From Sphingomonas sp. (GTDB lineage Bacteria; Pseudomonadota; Alphaproteobacteria; Sphingomonadales; Sphingomonadaceae), in the NCBI GenBank assembly GCA_035538975.1, contig DATLJJ010000467.1:1-35493 (forward strand): 35,493 nucleotides of DNA. Reading direction: 5' to 3'. A model generated the notes under the pieces. It saw only the letters and a program-made list of their open reading frames with translations, did not search any database and was not told the origin of the DNA. The translations under genes and the position numbers were made by a program. Below, one piece after another: positions 20,059 through 27,750 of this stretch; position 1 is the first letter of the stretch, and every line of letters begins with the position of its first letter.

Positions 20059-20345
20059 GCCGGCTTCTCGATCCTGAAATAGGCCCAAGGGTCGCCGGCC
20101 CCCACCAACAAAGCAACGTCATCCCCAGACGGCGCACCCGAGTCCTGCCAGCCACCCGGCGAAAGGGCCTCGATCGCCGCAATGCCCGGCCCGGTGATGT
20201 AGATGGCCGTTTCAGGATCGCCCGCGCTGCCCTTGGCAAACATGGCTAGGTTCTCGGGCCCACCTTGCGCGAGCTGCAAGGTGCCGAAATGCTCTTGAAG
20301 TGCCGCCCATTCGGCGAGCGGCAACGATTTCACGCGCCAAGCCAT
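20055..20345 (-). CDS. Hypothetical protein (96 aa)
   Basis: ATG 20345 with RBS GGAGGG, 1 nt after the stop of the upstream gene; MAWRVKSLPL... Confidence 0.7.
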   Translation of the reverse strand: MAWRVKSLPLAEWAALQEHFGTLQLAQGGPENLAMFAKGSAGDPETAIYITGPGIAAIEALSPGGWQDSGAPSGDDVALLVGAGDPWAYFRIEKPA

Positions 20346-20346
20346 A

Positions 20347-20739
20347 TCAGCCCTCCAAATCATCCTCACGAGTGGAATACACGTCGAGAATCAGTCGATC
20401 GCGATAATCTTGCGTCAACGCCTCACCGATCCCTTCAAGCCGTTTATCGGATGGCAGCACAAGTCGGGCGCTGAGATTAAAATCAGGATACTTTCCTCGA
20501 ATGCGGGGGTGCATCGCCGCTGCTACCTCCACATCGGATTGTGAGACGTAGCGTCCCGCCCATTTCTCGATGATGTGCTTGAGGGGGCGGAACTTACCGT
20601 TCGATGTGGCAATCGTCTTCTGCGCGTCGAGCCATTCATAGGCCAAGCGGATGCAGTCGTCATGCTCATGGAAAACATCGGCGGGTTGAGAGTAGCGGAA
20701 CCCCGCTTTTGCGGTAGCGATTTCTTGTGCAGTGAGCAT
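20347..20739 (-). CDS. Hypothetical protein (130 aa)
   Basis: ATG 20739 with RBS AGGAG; MLTAQEIATAK...LKHIIEKWAGRYVSQSDVEVAA. Confidence 0.75.
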   Translation of the reverse strand: MLTAQEIATAKAGFRYSQPADVFHEHDDCIRLAYEWLDAQKTIATSNGKFRPLKHIIEKWAGRYVSQSDVEVAAAMHPRIRGKYPDFNLSARLVLPSDKRLEGIGEALTQDYRDRLILDVYSTREDDLEG

Positions 20740-20809
20740 TGACGGCGGCACTCCTAGATAACGATCCACAGTTAGTGCGGACGCGAAACGATTTCTAGGG
20801 AGCCGCCCA

Positions 20810-21202
20810 CTAAAGCTCCTCGCCAGTCCGGGGTTCAACGCCAGCGTTCATTAGCGCCCGAAACTTCGCCAAGGACTCGCTCAGCTCTGCGCGGGCAGCC
20901 TGTAGATGCTCCAGCCTCCCACCGTCATCGCCGCGACGATCATGGGCCTCAGCGAGAAACAGACGCAGCACGGCGTTTTGCACCGGCCCTAGCAGCATCA
21001 TCAATTCGTGCCGTGTGGCGGGTTGCTCTAGATAGTCGAACCGATCTTCGCGCGGCTGAACGAACGGCCCCGTGAGGTCAACGCCCCATTCGTCCAGATC
21101 ATCGTCGCCCACGGCTCTGCGCTCCCTAGCTGCTCGGCTATCGTGTGACGTGGCACCATGGGCCTGTAAATGCCCATGGTCCGGTGGGTTCATGGTCCCC
21201 AA
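20810..21202 (-). CDS. Hypothetical protein
   Basis: Open frame with a globular-looking C-terminal half (EQPATRHELMMLL); start uncertain. Confidence 0.5.
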   Translation of the reverse strand: MGTMNPPDHGHLQAHGATSHDSRAARERRAVGDDDLDEWGVDLTGPFVQPREDRFDYLEQPATRHELMMLLGPVQNAVLRLFLAEAHDRRGDDGGRLEHLQAARAELSESLAKFRALMNAGVEPRTGEEL

Positions 21203-21367
21203 TGGGCGTCATGGCATTCCGGGGCTCTCATGGCCACACCAACAGAATCCTTGAACGCCGACATCCCATAGACGCGCGCGGGCGAACCCCCATGCAAGAC
21301 CCGGCCACCGCGCACACGATCGCCGGCACCAACGGCGCCCAGCTTCCCCGCACTCCCATGGCTCCCC

Positions 21368-21490
21368 GTCTCACAAGTTACACCTTTCGAGGCTCCCAAA
21401 AACCGCGGAATTAGGCCGCCGATAGCGTATCAAAAGATCGGCAATTGACTTCTGATACGGTCTCGATATGTAGAGTGTATCTTTTGAGAC
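21368..21490. promoter_or_regulatory. Putative res site (three dyad subsites) of the serine resolvase
   Basis: GTCTCACAAG..CTTTCGAGGC (21368-21393); CGTATCAAAAG..CTTCTGATACG (21426-21459); GTCTCGA..TTGAGAC (21460-21490), directly upstream of the resolvase. Confidence 0.7.
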
Positions 21491-21501
21491 TCGGGGGCCT
21501 T

Positions 21502-22080
21502 ATGAGCCGCATTGCCTACTATCGTGTCAGCACCGGCGATCAGAGCGTTGAAGCGCAGCGCACCGCCCTTGGTGGCGGGTTCGATAAGGAGTTTACCGAC
21601 GAAGGCGTGAGCGGCGGCGTTCCCGCTGCGCAGCGCCCCGGCTTCGGCGAGCTGCTGTCCTACGTGCGCGAGGGCGACACGATCTACGTCTATGCGCTCG
21701 ATCGCCTTGGCCGCGACGCGCTGGACGTTCAGGCCATGGTGCGGCGGTTGCTGGAAATGGGGGTGACGCTGGACGTGCGCGGGCTAGGCCCGATCGGTCG
21801 CGGCGTTGGGGAGCTGATTGTAGCGGTGCTTGCGCAGCTCGCCGACATGGAGCGCCATCGCATCGCCGAGCGCTGCGAAGCGGGCCGCGTGGCAGCTCGC
21901 GCCGCCATGGAAGCCACTGGACGCACGCACCGGGGAAAGGCGAGCCTTGGCCGCCCCAAAGCAGCGGACGCCGCAGAGGTGGCAGCGTGGCGCCGCGAGA
22001 ACGGCGCGAGCATCCCGGCGACCATGGCGCAGTTTGGTATCAGCCGGGCGACCGTGGCGCGCTATTGCGCGGGGGCATAG
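21502..22080 (+). CDS. Serine recombinase (resolvase/invertase family)
   Basis: YYRVSTGDQ, DEGVSG, RPG, LDRLGR, GRP and C-terminal HTH (GISRATVARY); ATG 21502. Confidence 0.95.
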   Translation: MSRIAYYRVSTGDQSVEAQRTALGGGFDKEFTDEGVSGGVPAAQRPGFGELLSYVREGDTIYVYALDRLGRDALDVQAMVRRLLEMGVTLDVRGLGPIGRGVGELIVAVLAQLADMERHRIAERCEAGRVAARAAMEATGRTHRGKASLGRPKAADAAEVAAWRRENGASIPATMAQFGISRATVARYCAGA

Positions 22081-22137
22081 GGGCTACCCCCCGCCCCCCT
22101 TGCCCAAGGGCAGGACAAAATCCATCATCAATGATCG

Positions 22138-22168
22138 AAGCGCAGAGCCTTTGGCTCTGCGCTTTTGT
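22138..22168 (+). terminator. Terminator after resolvase
   Basis: AAGCGCAGAGCC-TTT-GGCTCTGCGCTT, 12-bp stem followed by TTGT. Confidence 0.7.
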
Positions 22169-22339
22169 CTTGCGTTTTCCATAGAAATTTTGGAGCGAAC
22201 AGAAGAGCGCTGATGAGCGTGTGTAGAGTAGCATGGGGACAGCTCGACCTCAATTCTTGATCCAAGCTATCTAGCGCCCCCTTACGCCCCGGAATTGGAT
22301 TACGCTCCTCTATACTAACGCAATCTCCAATCGACCGAG

Positions 22340-22768
22340 TTACTCCGTCTCCGGCTTCCAGTCTTCCCGTTTACACTCCGCTGGCGTTTCCCCTGCCTTG
22401 GCCCCGTAGCGAGCATTCGCGCACTTCAGCGCGGATAGCGCATAGCGCGACGCGCTCGGAACATGCTTCGGCAATGTGCAGCGATTGTCTCGCATCAGGT
22501 CGAGTGCCATCTTCGCTGTCGCGAGATCGTTTGCATCTTCCATTGCACGCAAGGTAGCGCGCGGCGCACTGTTGTCCGTCACGGACGAAGCCAGATTGTT
22601 AGCCAAGTTCTTCGACGTGCGCTCATAATCAGCCATTAGCTTGGCGCAAACGCTTGCTGCCGGCGCTTGCACGGCCGGTGCGGGCTTCGATTGGGCTTGT
22701 GCCAGCGCACCGGTCGGAAGGCTCCCCACGACCATCGCCGTGGCGGCCAGAATAGTCACCTGTCGCAT
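22340..22768 (-). CDS. Secreted hypothetical protein with four cysteines
   Basis: Signal peptide MRQVTILAATAMVVGSLPTGALA; RBS GAGGGGG; DNSAPRAT motif. Confidence 0.8.
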   Translation of the reverse strand: MRQVTILAATAMVVGSLPTGALAQAQSKPAPAVQAPAASVCAKLMADYERTSKNLANNLASSVTDNSAPRATLRAMEDANDLATAKMALDLMRDNRCTLPKHVPSASRYALSALKCANARYGAKAGETPAECKREDWKPETE

Positions 22769-22870
22769 TATTCCCCCTCATATCACGTGACAATCTGATC
22801 CACGCGCCAGTTGAATAATAGATGGCGCAACGGCGGTGTCTATTCCCAACTCTCAAATGACTTAAATGAA

Positions 22871-22901
22871 AAACCCGCCGGTCACTTGGGTCGGCGGGTT
22901 T
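22871..22901. terminator. Probable bidirectional terminator
   Basis: AAACCCGCCG...CGGCGGGTTT flanked by A- and T-rich runs, downstream of the minus-strand ORF ending at 22922. Confidence 0.7.
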
Positions 22902-22921
22902 GTTGTGTCTTTGGGGCGGGT

Positions 22922-23083
22922 CTACGGCGCGAGCTTCGCGTCTTGCTCGGTTAGGAGCTGGTCGAGCTTTTCCGATAGCTCCGCGTCGAGCTTCGCAAGG
23001 TCGCCTACCGGATCGCCGTCTAGCTCAGGAAGCGGCTCGGCGATGATCCGGTCTAGCTCGGCGTTCAATTTGTCAGTTGTCAT
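22922..23083 (-). CDS. Small acidic hypothetical protein (53 aa)
   Basis: ATG 23083 with RBS AGGAG; MTTDKLNAELDRIIAEPLPEL...; followed by a terminator. Confidence 0.65.
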   Translation of the reverse strand: MTTDKLNAELDRIIAEPLPELDGDPVGDLAKLDAELSEKLDQLLTEQDAKLAP

Positions 23084-23203
23084 TCTGGACTCCTCTGTTG
23101 TCCGCCGCACATCGCGGCGAGGAGTCGCCCTATCTGCACACATTTCGCCGCGTGTCGCTTGGCAAATGCGGGCCCAGGACGACCGTTTCGCTCGTGGTGA
23201 ATG

Positions 23204-23386
23204 TCAAGCAGGTTCGGCGCTATGCACCAGCTTGAGCACCGGCCGTGCCGGCGCGCTTCCCGGCGCCTCGGCTTCCATCGCCGCGTAGATCGCATCGGCC
23301 GCGCGATCTCTGCCCGCCTGTATCAACAGCTCGGCGAGCGCCCCCAGAAAAGTCACGTCGCTGGCGGCCAAGTCAGTATTCTGCAT
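23204..23386 (-). CDS. Small hypothetical protein (60 aa)
   Basis: ATG 23386 with G-rich RBS; MQNTDLAASDVTFLGALAELL...RPVLKLV. Confidence 0.55.
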   Translation of the reverse strand: MQNTDLAASDVTFLGALAELLIQAGRDRAADAIYAAMEAEAPGSAPARPVLKLVHSAEPA

Positions 23387-23527
23387 GCAATATTCCCCCG
23401 CCGACACCCGCTCACATAACGGCGGGCGAATCGGCTTGGGACACCTCATAGGCGCACACCCGGAGCGCATGGCAAATGACACAAAGCAATTAAGTGAGAT
23501 GGCGTTCACAGATGCGGGGGACGTGCC

Positions 23528-23944
23528 CTAAAACTCAATCTCAATCCCGGTGTGCTTCTGGATTTTCGTCTTGATGAAGCCTTTGGCGATGCTCGCCAGC
23601 AAGTCTAGGGTAAAGCCGCCGGCCTTTGCTGCCTGTTCCTTGGTCATTTTCCAGACCTTGGGATCGCGAACACTGTCCAGAAAATCGTATCCAGCTTTTC
23701 GAATCGCGGTAACATACCAGAACCCTCCTGATGAGGGTTCGAGGGTGATGAACTCGGCGTCGGCGAGGATTTTGAGGTGCAGCACCAATTTAGCCGCGAC
23801 TTCCTTCGGCATCGTATGCTCGGGATCGATGCCGAGAATCTCAGCTTCGTCCGGTTCGACAATTTGAAAGGAAGTCTTGCCCTGCTCGATCTCCAATAGC
23901 AGGCTCCGAACCATATCCATGTCGCGCTTTAGCGGTGCACTCAT
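23528..23944 (-). CDS. DUF2513 family winged-helix-like protein
   Basis: ATG 23944 with RBS GGGGAGG; KRDMDMVRSLLLEIE...HLKILADAEFI...GYDFLDSVRDPKVW. Confidence 0.85.
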   Translation of the reverse strand: MSAPLKRDMDMVRSLLLEIEQGKTSFQIVEPDEAEILGIDPEHTMPKEVAAKLVLHLKILADAEFITLEPSSGGFWYVTAIRKAGYDFLDSVRDPKVWKMTKEQAAKAGGFTLDLLASIAKGFIKTKIQKHTGIEIEF

Positions 23945-24038
23945 GCATTGCCTCCCCGTTGCATCCGGTGCTGAGCCATAGATCACCATGATCGCCGTGG
24001 CGATCAAGCGAGCGCCCCTGAGCAACCCTTGAGTTTGC

Positions 24039-24053
24039 GTTCTCATTATGTTC
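24039..24053 (+). promoter_or_regulatory. Alphaproteobacterial LexA (SOS) box
   Basis: GTTC-TCATTAT-GTTC, a perfect GTTC-N7-GTTC, overlapping a TTGCGT -35-like hexamer and 10 bp upstream of ORF 24064. Confidence 0.8.
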
Positions 24054-24063
24054 TCATGGCGGC

Positions 24064-24291
24064 ATGCACAGAGTCGCTGCCACATTGCCGCCCGTCCCCG
24101 ACACCGATCTCGCCAGCGCCATCGCCGCATGGCTCCGGCGTGCCCCGCCTCGCATATTGCTGGAGCTGGCGGACGGCGACTCACGCGCCGGAGCTGCCGG
24201 GGCGATAGGCGAATTGATCGCCGCTGAAATGACGATGGTCTACCCGGAGCTGGTGGAATCGAGCGCACCACCGCTGCCGTTCGGTAGCTAG
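24064..24291 (+). CDS. Small, probably SOS-regulated hypothetical protein (75 aa)
   Basis: Helical ORF directly behind the LexA box; ends 1 nt before the right 34-bp repeat. Confidence 0.6.
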   Translation: MHRVAATLPPVPDTDLASAIAAWLRRAPPRILLELADGDSRAGAAGAIGELIAAEMTMVYPELVESSAPPLPFGS

Positions 24292-24292
24292 G

Positions 24293-24326
24293 GTGTCAGG
24301 GAAAGTGTCACGGTAAGTGTCACAGT
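24293..24326 (+). repeat. 34-bp direct repeat, copy 2
   Basis: Identical to 9583-9616. Confidence 0.9.
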
Positions 24327-24364
24327 GACTTTATCAAAAACCGCAGAAACCCGCCATTTTTGAG

Positions 24365-24444
<80 letters not shown>

Positions 24445-24508
24445 ACGCGAAACGCCGCCTAGGCGCTTCCTGTCGCCGCCACAAGCCGCGCTTGCGCGGC
24501 TGGCGCGC

Positions 24509-24584
24509 TGGTGGGCCCGGCAGGACTCGAACCCGCAACCTAGCCGTTATGAGCGGCCAGCTCTAACCATTGAGCTACAGGCCC
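24509..24584 (-). tRNA. tRNA with CAT anticodon, most likely tRNA-Ile2 (lysidine)
   Basis: GGGCCTGTAGCTCAATGGTTAGAGC...GCCG-CTCATAA-CGGC...GTTCGAGTC...GGCCCACCA; lacks initiator features and has the GGGCC acceptor stem typical of Ile2. Confidence 0.92.
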
Positions 24585-25642
24585 CCAGCGCCGCCCGCAC
24601 TAGCGGAGGTCGCGGGCTCGCCGCAAGCCGCGTCGAGGATTTCGGCGAGCGAGGCTGGCGCGACGCCGAGCCGGTCGAGCAGCGCGAATGCCTGGTCCCA
24701 CCAGCGCCAAAAGGCCGCGAGATCGGCCGCGTCGCGGACATAGGGCGTATGGCCGGGTTCGATCGAAGGCGAATGGAAGCCGAAGTTGAGCAGGCGCACG
24801 CCCTCGCCCACCGCGACGCGGATCGCCTCGAGCGCTTCGCCCGCGGGCATGTCCTCCGGCGTTAGCGCGACGCGTGAGAGCAGCCCCAGCCGTGAAGCCA
24901 TACCGCGGCCGCGCGGCACGCTTCCCAGGCGACGGTAGAGCCCCGCGCCCGCCCGGCGCGCGCGGCCGGTGAAGACGGTGGTGAGCGGCAGCTCGACGAG
25001 CGCGTGATCCGGCCCGGTACGGAACGCGTGCGGTGGGATGGCGGTGAAGTCGGGCCCACCGTCGGCGCGATAGTCGTAGCGCGCGCGCATCGACGTATCG
25101 ATGCGGTAGCCGTGCGCGGCCAGCATCGCGAGCGTATGTGGACCGATCCCGTAGCGGCCGGCGCGGTAGACGCGGGGCCGCACGCCGATCGCGCGCTCGA
25201 TCGCTTCGGTGAGCACGCCCAGCTTGGCTTCTTCCAACCGCGGTGGAAGATTGCCTGCGTAGCTGTTGAAAGCGTTGAGTTCTTCCTCGAAGGGCGGATT
25301 GACCCAACTGTGAAGCTGCGTACCGATTCCAGTGCGGCCGTCGGCGATGAGCCCGCGCAGTATCTCGGCGGCCGCGGGCGAGGCCACGATCGGATAATCG
25401 ACCAGATAGGTGAGCGCCGCCCCCTGCGCGGCAAAACGCGCATGCGCAGCGGGCAATGCCGCGACGTGGCTCGTGCCGTGTCCCTCTCGCGCGAACCGGC
25501 CGTCCCAGTCGAACTCCTCCTCGGTGTCGACGAAGATGGTGAAGCGCGTGCCGAACGCGTCGGGCCAGGCGACCAGAGCAGCCGGATCGGGAGCCGGCAC
25601 GCAATAAGCGTGACCGGGCGCGGGCTCGTCCCCCTTCCCCAC
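24575..25642 (-). CDS. Polysaccharide deacetylase family protein (WalW-like)
   Basis: VDTEEEFDW, QLHSWVNPP, YRAGRYG, FHSPS.EPG.TPYV motifs. Confidence 0.85.
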   Translation of the reverse strand: MGKGDEPAPGHAYCVPAPDPAALVAWPDAFGTRFTIFVDTEEEFDWDGRFAREGHGTSHVAALPAAHARFAAQGAALTYLVDYPIVASPAAAEILRGLIADGRTGIGTQLHSWVNPPFEEELNAFNSYAGNLPPRLEEAKLGVLTEAIERAIGVRPRVYRAGRYGIGPHTLAMLAAHGYRIDTSMRARYDYRADGGPDFTAIPPHAFRTGPDHALVELPLTTVFTGRARRAGAGLYRRLGSVPRGRGMASRLGLLSRVALTPEDMPAGEALEAIRVAVGEGVRLLNFGFHSPSIEPGHTPYVRDAADLAAFWRWWDQAFALLDRLGVAPASLAEILDAACGEPATSASAGGAGGL

Positions 25643-25644
25643 GA

Positions 25645-27582
25645 TCAGCTCAGATGCGCCTGCCCCATATGGAAAGCTACGGACGCCGGGAGGCGCAAAG
25701 TCAAGCTCTCGGGTTCGATCACCAGGCTGCCGCCGAGTTCGCGCGCGAGATTGCGGGCGAGGCGCAGCGCGAAGCCGGTGCCCAGCAGCGACGAATCCTC
25801 GCGCTCGTCATCGATGCCCAGCACCGAATCGCCGGGATATTCGGCAAGCGCGCGCGGCCGGTCGATCGCGATCGCCACCATCTCGCCCTCCAGCGCGGTC
25901 CGGACGCCGACGCGCTCACCCGCGCCGCTGGCCGAGACGAGCGTCGCCATCAGCCGCGACATCAGTCGCTCGACCGCGCGCCGGTCGCCGATCACTGCGA
26001 AATCGTCCACGGGAAGCGCGATCAGCGCGCCGCGGAGCTCGGCGAGGGGCGCGAGCTCATCCGCGATCGCCGCGAGCAGCGGGCGCAGCGGCACGGGGCC
26101 CGGCACGAGCGCAAGCGCGGCACTGTCGATCCGCGCCGCGAGGTCGAGATCGTCGATCGCCCCCATCAGGATTCGGGCCTGTTCCCGGATCACGGAGGCA
26201 CGCTCGCGATAGACGTCGGGGACCGGCCCCAGCATCTGGACCTCGATCATCTCGGCGAAGCCGGCGATCGCATTGGTCGGGGTGCGAAGCTCATGCACGA
26301 GCTGCCGCAGCGAATCGGCCGAGGCGGGCTGCGGCGGCGGGCTGCGCTCGGCGCGCTCGTCGGCGCGCGGGCGGCGGCCGGTCCCGCGATATCCGGCGAA
26401 GCGGCCGTTGACGGAGTCGAACACCGGAACGGCGGAGATCAGCCAGTCGCCTGCGGCGTCCGATTCGCCTTCGATCACCATCCGCGCATTCGAGAAGCCG
26501 GCGCGGTGCCGAAACGCCCCCGCCGCACTCGCGTCGATCCGCGATCCTTCGGGCATTCCCTGCGAATCGAGCCCAAGCCCGACGAGCGCAGCACGGCTCG
26601 CGCCCTCGACCCAGCGGATCACGCCCTTCGCGTCGGTTTCGAAGCGCAATTCCTCGGCGACAGGGGGCACGTGGGGAGTCGCGGCATCGGTCTCGCGTGT
26701 GCGCCAGAAGGCATCGATCCGCGCCATGACTTCGGCGATCTCGAACGGTCCCTCTGGCCCGTCCGGCGCCCCCGTTGCAGCGCCATTTGCCAAGTCCGCC
26801 GCAAGCTCGGGAGCATCGTCGCGCGGCGCCGGCACGGCGAGGTCCGGTCCCCGAACGACGCCCGCGACACCGAAGAAGGCGCCAGGCCCGGCAAGCGGCA
26901 GCTCGGCGGGCTCGTTCGCGAGCGCGCTCAACGAGAAATCCTCGTCCGGCGTCAGGATCGCCGGCATCTCCACGGGCTGCGCCGCAGGTGAATCCTGTGC
27001 TGGACCATCGAGCGCACCCTGCCAGTAGATCGGCTCCGGCGCCGGACCGGCATCATCGGTGGATTCGACCAGCCGCAGCTCGGGCTCGGGTCCCGGCTCC
27101 GCTGCAACCAGCGGCTCGGCGGGAGTTTTGGACCCGACGCTGGCATCGGGCAGCACGAAGTCGGCCGGGCCGAAACTCTCGAGCGCGCGCCTGACCACCG
27201 GGCTCAGGTCGCGGCGGTTGCGCAGCACCGAACGCGCGGCGGGCGACAGATCGGGCACCAGCTGGATCCATTCGGCCGAGCTCAGCCGCGCGCTGCGCAG
27301 CACCGGCAACCCCACTTCGAGATCGTCGAGCACCAGCAGGCGCACGAGGGGGCCAGGCGGGTTGCCGAATTCGAGCGCGCGCGCGCTCGCCGCCCGCACC
27401 GCGGCGGGCACTTCGGGGCGCAGCGCCCTGAGCGTCGCCATGGTCCGCGAATCGGGCGGCACGCGCCGGCGACCGACCAGATCGACGAGCTGCCGCCACG
27501 CCGACTGCACGCCGTTGGGCGTGCTCAGATCGGCTGCGAGCACCGTCTCCAGAGTGTCGTCGAATCGCAAGTTCACCCTCAC
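25645..27582 (-). CDS. Atypical histidine kinase-like protein (HisKA with degenerate ATPase domain)
   Basis: H-box LVHELRTPTNAIAGFAEMI; PAS-like FETD..G.IRW and GYRG segment; no N-box Asn and no DxGxG. Confidence 0.8.
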   Translation of the reverse strand: MRVNLRFDDTLETVLAADLSTPNGVQSAWRQLVDLVGRRRVPPDSRTMATLRALRPEVPAAVRAASARALEFGNPPGPLVRLLVLDDLEVGLPVLRSARLSSAEWIQLVPDLSPAARSVLRNRRDLSPVVRRALESFGPADFVLPDASVGSKTPAEPLVAAEPGPEPELRLVESTDDAGPAPEPIYWQGALDGPAQDSPAAQPVEMPAILTPDEDFSLSALANEPAELPLAGPGAFFGVAGVVRGPDLAVPAPRDDAPELAADLANGAATGAPDGPEGPFEIAEVMARIDAFWRTRETDAATPHVPPVAEELRFETDAKGVIRWVEGASRAALVGLGLDSQGMPEGSRIDASAAGAFRHRAGFSNARMVIEGESDAAGDWLISAVPVFDSVNGRFAGYRGTGRRPRADERAERSPPPQPASADSLRQLVHELRTPTNAIAGFAEMIEVQMLGPVPDVYRERASVIREQARILMGAIDDLDLAARIDSAALALVPGPVPLRPLLAAIADELAPLAELRGALIALPVDDFAVIGDRRAVERLMSRLMATLVSASGAGERVGVRTALEGEMVAIAIDRPRALAEYPGDSVLGIDDEREDSSLLGTGFALRLARNLARELGGSLVIEPESLTLRLPASVAFHMGQAHLS

Positions 27583-27607
27583 CTCGGCGCACGAGGAAAT
27601 GTGCGCC

Positions 27608-27623
27608 GTAACGAATCCTTAAC
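27608..27623. promoter_or_regulatory. CtrA-box-like site with embedded GANTC
   Basis: GTAA-CGAATCC-TTAAC (one mismatch from TTAA-N7-TTAAC), 25 bp upstream of the kinase start. Confidence 0.55.
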
Positions 27624-27750
27624 CCCCGCAAGCTGGGCCCGAAACCGCCCATTTCGGCACGTCGCAATGTGGGACAATTGCGTTGCTCTGAAATAAAGTT
27701 GCGGCTATCGCACCCTCACTGCAACGAACCAAAAGTGGAGAATCAAAAAA

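Noticed and set aside
22081-22113. C-rich tract after the resolvase as a possible cos site
   Set aside because: Only a vague resemblance, with no HNH or terminase gene nearby; unsupported.
23945-24271. N-terminal extension of the DUF2513 ORF
   Set aside because: Strong RBS before ATG 23944; the extension overlaps the LexA box and the opposite-strand ORF.
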